From Rhodosorus marinus CCMP1338 (taxonomy: Eukaryota > Plantae > Rhodophyta): a stretch of DNA of 64,000 nt. Numbering within the stretch: the stretch's first letter is position 1; the number at the start of each line of letters is the position of its first letter. The position numbers and the translations under genes are program-made. This document shows, piece by piece, positions 49,193 to 62,704 of the stretch. The stretch covers positions 1,488,001 to 1,552,000 of the forward strand of contig JAMWBK010000004.1 in NCBI GenBank assembly GCA_029953675.1. Reading direction: 5' to 3'. The notes beneath the pieces were generated by a model. The model did not search any database. It was not told the origin of the DNA and saw only the letters and a program-made list of their open reading frames with translations.

Positions 49193-50204
49193 GGTTTAAA
49201 GCAGTTAGTTTTCTAGTTTAGCTCAGCCGGACATTGCTGGAAGTCTGGGACTTCACAACGTCCGTCAGGACCGCTGATCATCGCGAGGTAAAAAATACCA
49301 GCAGACGATATGGAATTCTTAAAAAGGTTATTGGTAAGGGCAGGTGTGCTATTGTGAAACTGGGAACTACTAGCTGCACAGTGCGATCCAATCCCATGAC
49401 TTTTTTTTTGTACTTTTTTTTCCTTATACACGTATTCTATTTTTTCTTATGGGGGTATCCCTCCAGATGGGAGTGTTCAGGAAGGTTCTTTCCTCAACCC
49501 AAGAAAGATTGAATCAATCATTTTGGACACGAAAACACTTTTTTTGAAAGAAAATAGATTATATTCTTGGATCGACCCAATAGCCGAGGGTATGGCCCCC
49601 GGTTAAATGGCCATAACCAGTCAATTATTTTATTCTTACAATATACGTTGCCTTTTTAAAAACATAAATTAGATACATATGCCATTAAATATATATTGTT
49701 CAAGTGTCATAGATTGAATAGCTAAATACATTTAAGCTTGTACTCTTATGGGCTTTTCTTTTTAATAAAACTGTATAATAAATTGTACAGCGATTGGAAC
49801 GGTGGTGCAGTACCCCATGCTTAATTTCCTATAACTACGACTGATTCTTATTTTATACGAATAAATACGTATTAAATATCGCAATAAAATGTAGCGTTTT
49901 TTTAAAAAAGTAAAGCTATGAGATAAAATAGTAATGAGTAAATGTAAAGAAATAATTAGATAGGAGTTTAAGTGATAAAATTGTAAAAATGACTTTTGAA
50001 CGGTGTTATAGGAAATTAAAGTGGTGGTGGAGAATTCAATAGCTGCGAGAGAGTTGAGTGGAGATCTTTAGCCGGAGATGGAGGGGTTGGGATCTGGGAT
50101 CGGGGGTAGGGGGAGGAGAGGGAAGTAGTAGCTGGAATCGTGTTGAGTTTGGGACTGTGTTTGTATTGTCTTGTTTTTTTGTCTTTATTTTCAAGTGATC
50201 TAGA

Positions 50205-52470
50205 ATGGAGGTTTTGAGGCTTAGCGAGCATCTTGCTGGACATCACTTTGAGAATCGGAATGAAATGTTCGCTCTGTTTGAGAGGGAGCCGGAGTTGTTT
50301 CGACCGAGGCATGACCTTGGGATGAGAGAAAGTCGGGAGTTGCTGATGAGACGATGGGAAAGATTACACGAACTGGGATACTTTAAGAACACAATCACGT
50401 CGAGGAATCCTGAGGATCACCTTCGGAGAATCGCCATGTCCGAGGTACGAGTGGATTTCTGAAGCCCTCGGGCGGGGCCTCGGCTCTTGACACTTTTGCC
50501 TCAATTGAATCTATCGCTTTTACTTCTGAATACTTGTTTGACGGGCACAGACATGCGAGTACCTTGATCATTCATTGTCAGTGAAGATGGGAGTTAATTA
50601 TGGGCTATTCGGGGGAGCCGTAGCTGGCTTGGGCACAGAGGAGCAAAGAGATTACTGGCTCCCCAAAGTCGAACGAAAAGAAATCATTGGCTGCTACGGG
50701 CTTTCAGAGCTAGGGGCTGGCTCGAACGTGAGAGGGATTCGAACCACGGCGACGTACGATCCCGGCAGTCGCTCGTTCGTCCTGCATACACCGACGGATG
50801 GCGCCCAAAAGTACTGGATAGGTGGTGCAGCGGAGTCAGCATGTCATTGCAGCGTGTTCGCATATTTAATCGTTGACAGGAAAAGACGAGGGATTCATGG
50901 ATTCGTTGTTCAAATTCGAGATTCCATTGGGGGCTCCCCAGTTCATGGCGTCACGATAGCTGACTGCGGGGATAAGTGGGGACTGAACGGTGTGGATAAC
51001 GGGAGGATTTGGTTTGATCGTGTAAAAATTCCTCGGAGCAATATGCTCATGAAACTCAGCCAAGTAGGTTTTCATCCTCAGCATTTTGGAATGCAGATTT
51101 TTGAGCCCCTCCCCGGGTAACACCAAAAGGGTCTTACTTCTGTCCTCTTCGTCTATCGGCTTTCAGGTATCAGAGGATGGCCATTACACGTCGATAGTGC
51201 AGAGCGAAAACGAACTGTTCGGAAGAACGTTGGCTCCACTTACTTCTGGACGAGTGTCCATAATATTCTCAGCGCTGAATGAGATGAAAGTGGGTACCTC
51301 CATCGCCATTCCGTACGCGAAAAGTCGGCAGGTGTTTGACAAGGAGCTGATGAGTGTGCAGACCCACCGGCATCGGTTGCTTCCATACGTGTGCGGCACG
51401 CTTGTAATGAACATTGTCGCCAACCCATTGAAGTTGCGGCTGTATGAGTCCGGTCTAGTCATCTCCAAAAAGTTCCATGTCCTCAGCGCCGGACTGAAGG
51501 CGTTGTCTACATGGGAAATGGAGCGTTGCCTTCAGGAATGCAGAGAGGCATGTGGTGGACAAGGGATGCTTTCTGAGAACCGCGTGGGTCCGCTACTTTC
51601 CGAGTTCAACGTGACCACCACGTTCGAAGGGGATAACCACGTTATGGTTCAGCAGGTACGTTTCTGCCCTTTCTCACATTCTCCCTTCGTCCTATCCGGT
51701 AGCTAGCATTCACTTAAGGTTCTCCACTGGTCGTTACAGGCGAGCAAAGTAGTCGTTAGTATGTACATGGAGGGGTTGAAGCAAGGAGAGTTCAGCGGAG
51801 ATCTGGACTTCTTGAACCGCGAGGAATTACCGCTGCAAGCAGAACCAAATGATATGTCGTTTATTCTTGAACTCATGCGAAGGCGCGTTCGCGGGTTGCT
51901 CCCAGCTCTTGTCCCAACCAGTGGGACCAGAGAAGCTGCTGAGAAGGAGCTCGTTCTATTTGTAAGCGTTCTTCGTCATAATGTATCCCATGAGCGAAAC
52001 GAGGCAACTGGCTCCGATTTCTAAAGGAGCCATGATGTCACAGCTTTGGGCTTAGCTCTGCCAGTCATGTTGTCACGAATTGCTATGTTCAATTCTGACG
52101 AAGGTTATTGTTCAAATCCTGCAAACGCTCACAGGAAGAGGTTGGAACTGCCTTCTGTGACCTGCTGATTTTCGAGAGTTTCGAGAAGGAATTAAACGAC
52201 AGCGCAGGACTCCCATGCAAGGATCTACTTATGAAAGCTGGATTGATCTACGGCTTAAGTCGTATTGACCGGGACTCGACCTTCAGCAGATCTGGTGCTC
52301 TTTCATCAGATGCGTCCTGGTCCGTAAGAAGAACTTACATGAAGGAACTTGATCGGTTTGTTGAATCTGGAATGATGGACTCCGCGATTGAGGCTTTTAG
52401 GGTTCCAGACTTTCTGAAGGCACCGATCTGCGGAGACTGGCTGTCGCACAATGCAAAGGCCAGACTTTAA
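50205..52470 (+). CDS. ACX: Peroxisomal acyl-CoA oxidase
   Basis: Motifs SVKMGVNYGLFGGA, GCYGLSELGAGSNVRGIRTTATYD, AQKYWIGGA, GLNGVDNGRIWF, CREACGGQG and TTFEGDNHV. The C-terminal ARL* is a PTS1-type signal. Confidence 0.93.
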
Positions 52471-52869
52471 CTTTTCCAGTGTCTCGTTGGTTTGTTGAGC
52501 GGCTAAGACCGGCAGACTTAAGCGACAAAGCACAAACCTGTGAACTTGCGGACAATGAGTCTACTTCTTTTGGAGCTCAAATTTTCGCCTGGCCTTCAAC
52601 GGGATGTCGGAGCTGCGAATGGACGACTTCCGCAACGAGTAGCTTGGTGATAAGTTGCTGTGCATCTTTTTGGGGGGGAGGGCGGGAGGAGCACCTCTCA
52701 AGAAGATCCAGGGTCTAGAGTCCGGAGGACCGGGAGAAGCAGAGTATCATTGAAGAGCGCAATGTGTTTTCAACAAATACGTTCTTTTGCAGAGAGCATC
52801 TTGGAGCTCGCTGTTCAGGTGTAGCGCAAGCTGTCAGTCTACCCACGATCTGACCGACAGTAGCGACGG

Positions 52870-53080
52870 AAAGGGGTTTAATAATTTACTAAATAATTCA
52901 AATGCAACGCAAGTTCCACCAATTAATGTAATACAAATTGCGTGAAAGCCAATCATGCCAAAGTTAGCTCACGTTTATTCGATTAAAACTGAACTTCCAT
53001 AGGCATTTGAAAAAGAATTTTTAGTTTGCTCGGCACGGATTTGTTAACAGATAAGTTTGCAATTCGTTAGCCAATCATAC
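52870..53080 (+). promoter_or_regulatory. AT-rich stretch with two CCAAT boxes upstream of PFK
   Basis: gccaatca with ccaatca at 52949-52955 and 53071-53077; the same motif occurs at 30751-30757 in the AT island downstream of Nup155. Confidence 0.4.
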
Positions 53081-53552
53081 ACCACCTAAGGACATCTGGC
53101 AAAACAGTATTAGCTGAAGGTTCTCATACCGGCGTTGATTCGTGAATATATCCACGGTTCCTTTTTTGGTTACTTCTTGCTGGATATAAATCTAGCTTCG
53201 GCCGCTTTTCTCTGGCACATTCGCCATCAGATTTTGGCCTGGGAAAAGTCCGTTAAAATAGGACCCGTCTCAATGGAATTGTTTTCATGAATATCGACCT
53301 GTTGAGTAATATGAGAAGGACGGTTGCGGGTAGGGGAGGATGTGGTGGGTTAGAGATCGAGTACAAGTCGTTTGTTGTGCTGAAACATAAATTTTTGTTA
53401 TGATCTTGGTCTTGAGCTGGTTAAATTTATTATTCGCATCCGTATCGATCTGAATTCCGGGTTGTGGAGGCGATTCCGTGTTGAGATAGTGGAAAGCTTT
53501 TGGGTCGCGTTCGTGTTTTTTTTTTTTTTCAGCAACCAGATCTTCCCGGAAC

Positions 53553-55861
53553 ATGGCGGACAAAGAGGCCATCGAAAAGATGCTTGATTCGCAAGAGCTT
53601 GATGATCGGGAGGACATGGATGGACAGAATCATCCTGAATCTATTCTCAAGTCCTCAAAAACGATGAGGGAAATTGTCGTGGATGATCAGAAGGATTCCT
53701 ACTCGAAGATTTTGGTACCAGGGAGTGACAGGGAGGCTTTTGGTTCATGTCCTATGGTGGGCTACAATCGATAATATGAGACCCGGATCCTTTCAGTGGA
53801 CGTTTAGTTAAGTATGTTTACGTCGTTATCCGATTTTCTTTTTTTTTGGCAGATCCGTGACTGGGCAAATGTTGGGGAGTACCCATCACCACTGCAGGCT
53901 ACGGGGAACGTTAGTAACTTCGTGTCAAATCATGAAACCGTGCTAGTGGATATTGTCGCCCACAAGGAAAATGAAACGGTTTCCCGTGAGTTCGTACGGG
54001 CTGGACCGCGAGAGTTCATAGCTTTTCACCCCAAGACGGTTAAGGTGCTACAATGCTCAGAGTTTCTTTTCTCAAAAGAAAAATATCTGATTAAGCTTGG
54101 ACTGCTACCGTTCATAGGCTTGTATTGTGACGTGCGGGGGTTTGTGTCCCGGACTGAACACCGTTGTTCGGGAGATCTTCTTCACTTTGGAAAAGCGGTA
54201 CGGAGTGGAGGAAATATACGGAATTCCTTATGGATACAAAGGTTTCCATTCGAAGAAACTCCAAATTAGAAAGCTCACGGTACGTCAAGTTCACATCGCG
54301 TCCATGCTTGAACGAATCTCGACACTGAAGCCTGAACTCTGCCGCCCCTATCGAAAGAAACGACTTGTGGATACCATCCACTACAAGGGAGGGACTTTCC
54401 TCGGTAGCTCTCGAGGAGGTCACGACACGCAGCTGATTACAGACTGTATCGAGAGGTATGGCTTCCGTCATGTTTACATTATTGGAGGGGACGGAACTCA
54501 TCGTGGAGCTCTGAAAATATACGGTAAGCTGTTTGTTCGATCCTCTTTTCACCCCTCCGGTACATAATAGTAACATCTCGCTCTGCTCCTTTTGCGCAGA
54601 GGAAATTCGACGACGGGGACTGAAGGTAGCACTTGTCGGGGTGCCGAAGACGATCGACAACGATGTTCCGCTAATTGACAAGAGCTTTGGTTTCGACACT
54701 GCGGTGGAAGAATCACAACGTGCTATACGTAGTGCCGTCGTTGAAGCGAAGAGCGGCATTCATGGTGAGCATTATGGCGAACCGGTGGTTTCGTTAATTA
54801 GTCGGCGGCTAGTCTCGCCAACCCCCTGTCAACATTGACTTTGCTGATTTTATTATGTGTAAGGTATTGGGCTGGTGAAGCTCATGGGAAGGCACGCTGG
54901 TTGGATTTGTGTGTACGGGACGCTCTCTAACAGAGATGTAGATATTTGTCTGGTACCGGAAGTGCCTTTTGAGCTGGAGGGCCCGAGGGTGAGAATCAGC
55001 GCCACTCGTATGGTGTTCCCTTTTTTTTTAGTCAGTGGATTCTCAACGCGCTCATGCCATTCCAACTCCAGGGCCTGTACCAAACTATACACGACTGTAT
55101 CAAGGCGAAAGGAAGGTGCGTCATCGTAGTCGCCGAAGGAGCTGGCATGGATCACATGCAGACAGGCAAGGAAGTGGAACGAGATCCTTCAGGTACGATG
55201 CACATTTCTTGTAGATTGGCCGGAACCTGTTCTGCGGACTTACACTGTACGTGCTTCACTGTTGTGCAGGCAATGTCAAGCTCGCTGATATTGGACTCTT
55301 CCTGAAGGCGGGCATCAACGCGTGGTTTTCCTACAACAAGATTGAGGTCAACTTAAAGTGAGTCGGTATGCACACTCCTTCCTCCAAATACCAACGACAC
55401 TCATCCTTGAGCGATCTTGTGAATGCCGCAGGTACATAGATCCCACGTACATGATCCGAACCGTTCCTCCAAACGGTGGGGATAGTTTGACCTGTGCGAT
55501 TCTAGCGCAAAACGCAGTCCACGGAGCCATGGCAGGTTTCAGGTAATACGGAGAGTTCACGCCACCCCCCAAAAAGAAGGGTTTCTAAATATCGAGATGC
55601 TCTTTCTTGTTTCACATGGCAGTGGTTTCTCCGCGGGTCTGATTAATACTCATAATGTTTTAATACCCATTGAGACTCTCAACAACACAAAGCCGAAAAC
55701 GGTACACTCCATATTCTCAAGACGCTAATGGACTGAGACTCTGCTTGACTAGCCTAAACTCTTACATTAATCTCCTTCCCACCCTCCAGATCCACGAGGG
55801 GTCGAGAATGTGGCAGAGAGTTCTCGACTCTACTGGCCAACCGAGTCTCCGGAGTCATTGA
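53553..55861 (+). CDS. PFK: ATP-dependent 6-phosphofructokinase (plant/protist type), probably cytosolic, many introns
   Basis: Motifs [81 protein letters not shown] and AVHGAMAG. No transit peptide. Confidence 0.95.
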
Positions 55862-56131
55862 CTCCAACATCCAGCTGGCCTCGTGGGATCAGGGCAAACA
55901 CAGAATAACCTAAAGAGAACTGGAGGCAAACACGTTCTACGAGATACCATGGCTATCTTGGAGAGCAGACTCAGCCTCGAAATTTTTTCAACATCTACAT
56001 AGCCGAGGGAAAGCAGGAAAATAAAAAAGTATGTAAGGTCATGGTTTGTAGGAAGACCAATCGTATCCCCAAACACCAAGCCATGCAGATGCGAAGTCAA
56101 GTTGGAATTTGTGTTTCTGAGTACCGGAGGA

Positions 56132-57547
56132 CTATGTCTGCTCGCTGTCCTCTTGAGGCGGAAATACTCGAGCTGAGCCGAAATAGGATATCACCGCGAC
56201 GCCGAAAAAGATCGCGAGGTTTGCTCCCAGATCTGCATTCAACCAACCCTCTCTCTGAACAATGGGTCCTAGTTTAAAGAACGTTTTGCGATCCACTCTT
56301 CGTCAGCAGGAATTAAAGCTAACCTAGAATCGCTTTGCTTCATTGCGAACGGCACACCAATTCCGAACGCAGCGAGCAGAAATCCCCAAAATGGGCTGAA
56401 GACCACCAGCCACGCGACATCAAAAGCTTTCTTTCCTCCTTGACGAGGAGCCTGAGTTGTGGTGAAACAATTCGTTCAACTCGGGTTCCAATTTTTGAAG
56501 GATAAGCGTGGTATTCAATGGCTCATACCAAACCTGCAACGGCCCCTGCAACGGCGGTGATAATCGCAGAGAGCGCAAACTGATCACGGCTGTACCCTGG
56601 TACCTTGAGATACCAAAGACAGCGGGTTTTGTACGGTGGTCAGAGCAGCCATTCAATCGAAAGTGATCTTCTTGAGTGTATTGTACGTACCTGAACGCAT
56701 CCTTCGGGGCGCATCATGCACGTCTTTATATCGCCGATAGCACCCAGTATTGCTCGGTCAGCTCCGTTGTCTTTCACGTAGAACATGTTGCCGTATCTGC
56801 TCAGCGGATATACCGTTTTTCAGCGAACAATGGGAGGGCTAGAAGAGCAGTCCATAGTTTGTATGGCTGATCGGGTTTTGCCTAAAGCAGCCGGTAGGCA
56901 TGAGAGAACTAAACGTCCTTTACCGACGTACCTGCTCTGTAACTCCAACCAGAACGTTTGGGTAAGTTTCTTGCTCACATTCCTGCCAATCCGAAAGTCC
57001 AAGAGGTTGCCTGTCTTAGGGTCCGCCAACTGGTACAGAGAGAGATAGAGTTTTCGTTTCCTGTTAGCGAAATGCTTGAGTAATCCACATCATCTGTGCC
57101 TAGCTTACCACAACGACGGTGTTCTCGTCCACAGGCCAAATGGTCTTCGGTTCGGTTAGTACTCCGGTCGGCTTTTGCACGAGAACACGAATACGATACC
57201 TGGAGGGAAAAAAGTCAAAAATGAGCTCTGAGCCATGCGTCCTCGATAGCCGTTCACTTCAGATCCCTGTCTACACTTCCTCACCCAGTCTTTTCCTCGA
57301 AATCCTGAAGGTCTGTAATCAGTCTCGCCTTCTCACCCGTAGTCAGCGCCCGCCCATAGTCCAAGACCGGGTCCACCGCAAACGCCACAGGCGATCCTCC
57401 AAGCAGAACAGAAGCTACTAAACCAGCAGCTGCCAATCTTCGTCCATGATCCAATCCAGCCCTCACCGTAGCCTTGCTTCCTGCGCAACGATTCTCTTCC
57501 AACCTTCTCCTCAACCTCACAAACTCATATCCCACGAATCCCAACAT
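56132..57547 (-). CDS. TPM-domain thylakoid lumen protein (cyanobacterial-type, 15 kDa lumen protein 2-like), multi-exon
   Basis: Transit peptide MLGFV.. and lumen signal GRRLAAAGLVASVLLGGSPVAFA. Spliced body VLDYGRALT..FEEKTG|YRIRVL..WPVDENTVVV|LADPKTGNLLDFRIG..FWLELQSR|YGNMFYVKDNG..|VPGYSRDQ..APRQGG..FSPFWG..GPIVQRE. TAG at 56132-56134. Confidence 0.8.
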
Positions 57548-57819
57548 CCCCCTCCCAAAAAAGGCTAAACTCACTGGAAATCCTGGCGTCTGACAAAAGA
57601 TAAACAATGATAGCCTTTGCAAAAAGCTCAAAAAATACTCCTCAGCTGTCCACTCAAAGAGCTCCTCTACATCGACCTTTGTATCAGCAAGCAACCACAG
57701 TGACTACATCAAAAGAGTTCATTGAGAACCTCTATTGCCTTTCACACGATATGAATCTTCACCTCCAGATCGACTCTGATCAATTCCAATCCATAGCCAC
57801 TGAAAACCGGTTTAGCAAT

Positions 57820-58400
57820 CAATCTAGGTCTACCCAGTTGAGAGGGTGGGAAAGACGGAGCAAAACCCCGACTTCTACGTCCGGCCTTAACAGAAAAAGT
57901 TTGCATGCATTGTCATCAGCAGCTCCTTTAGGAGCAGAAGCTTTCCTATTAGAGTCTTCACCTTCACAGATCGATTGATCAATTCCGATGCCCTTTTAAG
58001 CTGTGGATCGGAGTCTGTGTAGGATGCTTGTTTGAGTGCGCTGGGGTTAACCATAGATCAGATTGGTAGTCGATCTGAGGTTGGCTCGCTGAGTGGGTGA
58101 GAGGGCGTGAGAAAACTCACTTGCAATGCCAGCCTTAACAGAGCAGAGGGCAGCTCTGCATTCACATTCACTGGCAGTAGCTTGTATTTACGAACTTCAT
58201 TGCTGACAGATCCATTGACAAACAGTTATCCATGTCCTTTTTCGATTTGCTTACTGATCGGTTCTAGTCCATCTCATGGTAGCTTGGTTAAAGGGAGGGA
58301 CGAGAAACCACCAGATTCAGCAAAGAGAGACCTTAACGGCGAATTTCAGAACGTGCTTCACCATCCACCAATCGATTCCTGTCAACGCCGGCATCGCGTT
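57820..58400 (-). pseudogene. Possible decayed spliced gene, family unknown
   Basis: An 80-nt GTGAGT..TTAACCCCAG intron (58120-58041) lies between stop-poor protein-like frames (LFVNGSVSNEVRKYKLLPVNVNAELPSALLRLALQ and ALKQASYTDSDPQLKRASELINRSVKVKTLIGKLLLLKELL). In-frame stops are present. Confidence 0.3.
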
Positions 58401-58853
58401 TGCTGCTCAGCGATATTTCGGCCAGAGGTTACTCGTTGAGTGGAGAGACGGAGATCATACAGAACTAGAGCGACAACTTTAACACGAGAAGGTAAAAGAA
58501 CAGCAGTTCACACGACACACTCATTCATTGACTGCTTCATCCCCCGTCCAACCAGCAAAAAGAAACCTTGGACGACGGAGACATTTTCGCCAATCCAGAG
58601 CTTCCAGGTCGAAAGGATTGATGGTAAACAAACCAAACACGGCAATCATTGAGAATAGAATCTACACAAGAACTCAATTACGTGCTTGGGCTTCTTCTAG
58701 ATCCAGTCTACAAAAACTCCATGTAGATTGTCATCGAATGTTCGTGTCAATCTGCGTCTTTGTGGTAGTCATCGCCGGAGCGGGTTGATTGCCTCACGGT
58801 CGACGGGAGGGGAAGACTCGACTTGGGAATCAGTACAGTTCCTTCAATCAAGG

Positions 58854-59540
58854 ATGGATAAAGTAAGCAAATTAGAATCTGTTCTAAAGCTGAAACCCGG
58901 AATTGAGAAGAAGAAAGGTAAGCTTCTGGGGCCGGTTAAGGTGAACTTCCCAACGCGGGAGGAGTTCTCTGACCTATCAGAGGATCAACAGGCGGAGTTT
59001 TTGGACGAGGCGAGTCGGCTCTCGGAGTCCGTTGTGAAATGTATAGATCGGATTGTTTCCAGACCTGATAAACGCGTGAGTTTTTAATGAAGCTGACTGT
59101 CCATGGACTCGAATCTTCGTCAGTCCGGCCTCACCACTTCTGTTTTCTTCGTTGACAACCAGGACGACGATGCGGTTCTGAGGAGTATCATTGCAGATAT
59201 GGGAAGAACTAAAGGTCTCCCTCATCGTCAGCAGTACGTTGAAATGGGACTTTGGCGAAGGATTGTGTCGTTCTCAGGTAGAAGCAGGAGAATGGCGGAC
59301 GATGCTTGCCGAAAGATTCAATCGGAGGGTGACGATGACGAAATCTCTGGCGGCGGCGGGTTATCTTTTCGGGATTTTTACATGGCAGAAATCACTGCCA
59401 AGCACGCAGGATCGATAGAAGCATTCCATGAGAGTGAAGAAATGGACATAGATAAGGCCCAGCTGTTTGTTCGCTGCCTTGAAGCCGGGATGGACATATT
59501 CGCTGACGCCCAGAAGGATTTGTGTATAACGAAAAAGTAG
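58854..59540 (+). CDS. Small protein with an Rsa3-like (ribosome assembly protein 3) C-terminal motif, 2 exons
   Basis: Intron at 59076-59162. The C-terminus FRDFYMAEITAKHAGSIEAFHESEEMDIDKAQLFVRCLEAGMDIF resembles the Rsa3 pattern F..FY....T..F.DDL..LR....F....L......L..G..IF (recalled, not searched). Confidence 0.5.
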
Positions 59541-59706
59541 GAGCCCCCTTCTGCCAAGACAAGAGAAAAAACCACCGTTTTTCGAGTCCTCTAACCCTGC
59601 TGTTTTCGCTCCGCCGCTTCGTCGTGAACCTGCTTAGGTTTCCTAACAACGGGAAAGACGCAGATGCCAAGTCGAGCTAGGCCGATTCTCCCGCGGGGAG
59701 AACCAT

Positions 59707-61166
59707 TTACGTGTAAAGTTGTTGTTTCTCTCGATGGCTGATGGACAGACATAGCCTTTTGGTATTCTTTTGGTCTCTTTGTTTGTAAATACTATGCACT
59801 GGAAAATTTAAAGTTACTCTCTGCCGGTTTTTCTTCTCGTTTGCTCTTCTCTTTTAAATACGGCTCGTACGGGTCGCCGAGGTAGACCCCATATTCCTTC
59901 GCAGCTCTCTTTCTCAGGTCTAATCGATTGAGAACAATTGGTTTGTTCAGCGTTTGTAGGACAACGTCTACAAAAACACCTAGCTAACGAAAGTTACATG
60001 CAAGCTTTTCGGATGATTTACCTGATCGAAGCAAGTGGATGGCTACACCAACTCGATCGGCCGCTTCTTCGTATATTCTCAAACATTCTTCGCCTCGACA
60101 GGTTTTTGACTTCTTCACTAGGTCTTCGAACTGAATCGGATCACCAGCAATCATCCACAACCGCTTTCCAACCCGAGGGACCTTGTACACAAGCGCGTTC
60201 TTCTCATCCAGCGGCATCGAATCCTCAAGTCCCTCGTGGTAGATGGGTATCACAGTCAGTCCTCCCGAGTTTTCGGCTGCTTTACACATGATCTTCCCTA
60301 CTCCTCTATCGGCATGGCAAGGTCACCAGAGAACTAGTTCAGTTTATGAACTCGTTTGATGGCCACGCAGTTGAGGGTGCCCACCTTCGCATCCGATCGA
60401 TGTACTTCTGTGAGACTCTACCTTCAGCGTAGTAGTTGACCCATTGTCCGGTACTTAAGTAATTGATCAACTGATCCATCCAGCCTTGATTCAAACCGAT
60501 AAAACGAGATACGGGAAGCGTTTTCAGCGCTCTCATGTACTGCTCCCGAAGCTCTCCTTTGAAACAGATGTCGGACGCGCACGTTCCCCATCGGGCGAGA
60601 GTCGGTCGCAACGGAAGCCACCATGGAGTGAAAGAAGCCAAAACGAGAGGGTCATCTATTACAGACTGATGGTTCATCACCGTCAAGATGCCTCTCGTCT
60701 TGTCCCGCACTCCAAATGGCTGCGGTACAAGATGCTTGGTAAGCTTCTCCCTGTCAAAACAAGTTGTCGTTGACGCGACGTGGAGGAAAAATTTCCCGAG
60801 ACTTGCTCCTATAAAAATTGCAACGGCATTGAGGACTGATGCTCCATTGCCGGGCCTGTACGTGTAGGAATACTCCTGCTGGTTCTTCAGGATCCTCTCG
60901 TAATCAAATTCCTTAAACCCGGACTTGGTCGGAAGCGACGCCCGCACCAGCTCGGGAAAGTTTTCCGGTTCGACAGACTCAGCAACAGCACGCGCCCGTG
61001 GATCCTCCTCTTTCGGCCCAAAAACGGTCAGAAAGACCCTCCCGAGGAATGAAACCTGCCGATCCCATATCATCGACCTCCGCTTCCATCCTCGACCTTC
61101 CTCTCCTCCACCTCCAACTGCACTGCCGATCCCTCCACGGCTCTCAGATTCTTGCGGCCGGTCCAT
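59707..61166 (-). CDS. TAZ: Tafazzin-like phospholipid transacylase; 3' end uncertain
   Basis: Motifs LTVMNHQSVIDDPLV, RWGTCASDICF, LKTLPVSR, WVNYYAEGRV, VIPIYHEGLEDSMP and WMIAGDPI. Further 3' exon(s) lie below 59970. Confidence 0.85.
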
Positions 61167-62499
61167 CACCTTGAAATAGTCTCGTATTCACTCATTCAAT
61201 CTCACAAGCGAAGAAATCATGTATACTTAAGCCTCAGCCGATCCCTAACTCTCCATACCATTCCGCTGTCGTGCCGTCTCAACCTCCATCTTGGAACTTC
61301 TGATTATCTATTTCGAGCACGGGAGAAATTGACTGACTAACCATGTAAAGGAAAATAAACAAGAATTTCAATCCAATCGAGTGATATTTTGATTGATATC
61401 GACGGCCGCGAGTTTCCGTATCAAAATTTAGTAGAATATCACACTCATATTCCTTTTTTTTCCACCACTCAATCATCGGAAAGGAAGATTTACCTGAATA
61501 ATAATTTATTTTAAATTGATATGTTTGACTTTAAATATTTCATAAAAATAGATTGAAACCCGGGGAAGGAATACCGACAGAGCTTTCACACGGGCAGATG
61601 CATAAAAAATCGGCGGGTGTGGATGGAGTTCTCATGGGGGCTGCACAACTTGCTGGAGGTTGGCACTATTTGTTGCGACTTCCCTTTTGATTTTCGGTCC
61701 CAGAGCTCATAGGAAACCTCCTGCTTCGCCGGTTTCTTGCCGGGACCCTGAGCGATCAGATGGTTTAGGGACCCTCAACCTTCCGCCAGATCAGGGCACG
61801 ATCTGCTTTAAGAGGGCGACTAAGTCGGCAGACTCGGTTATTCGATGCAGATCTTCCGTCACGCTAGAATACTCTGAGCTAGCGAGCAATCTACCTCCAG
61901 CCCAAGCCTGCTGCACGACCCTCCTCCACCGACTAACCAAAACAACACCGATCCAAAACAAAAACAGGCGCGTTTGCTATTAAACAGATCGGTTCATGTC
62001 CATCTTCACAGCTAGTGGATCCACCTCGGATGGGAATTTTATTGCCTGTCTGCTCTTCTAAAATCAGAGTCATCATCCACAGAAAAAAAAACAATTCACC
62101 TCCCTCCGTCCCATCCCACATCCACAACTCGATAAAAAATTCCACACCAGAAACCCCCTTTTCAAAACCATCGATATTTCTTCATCTAAAAAACACTTCC
62201 CTCAACCACTCATCCCTGGTTATTGACCTCTCAGCGCTGCAAAATCATTATCTGTATATAGGGGGGGGTAATTGCTGACCATGCTGATCATCAAACTAAA
62301 ATTTTTCAGGGGTATTAAAAAGCTTAAACATAGAATTTAGGATAATAATAATAATATTTTAAAAATATGTATATGGGGGGTTTAGATTACATTGATGTTC
62401 CGGAGATATTTCTTTAAGGGTGGGTAGATATTGATCGATCCTGAAAATGGATATTGGGGAATAGCGTGCTTGCTTGCGAAGTTCAGAAGTCTGTTGGTG

Positions 62500-62537
62500 G
62501 GAAGGGTGGGGAGAGGGTGGGGAGGGGGAGGGAGGGG
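62500..62537 (+). promoter_or_regulatory. G-quadruplex motif in the leader of the NYN gene
   Basis: gggaagggtggggagagggtggggagggggagggagggg has eight runs of 3 or more G. Confidence 0.5.
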
Positions 62538-62704
62538 TTTGGAGACCTTGAAATGTATGGAAGGGGATGTAGGAGCAACTATGTGTTTTAGGGATAGCGA
62601 AGAAAGTGTATGAGAAAGGAAAGCTTCTGAAATGTGAGGCTGAAGTTTGTTTTTCTGAGGGGGCGGGCGGCGGGAGAGTCTGTCGCTTTTGTTGTTTTTG
62701 TTGA

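Noticed and set aside
52570-52700. Minus-strand KDAQQLITKLLV..LRHP as a kinase C-lobe fragment
   Set aside because: No other kinase subdomains are nearby and the motif spacing is wrong.
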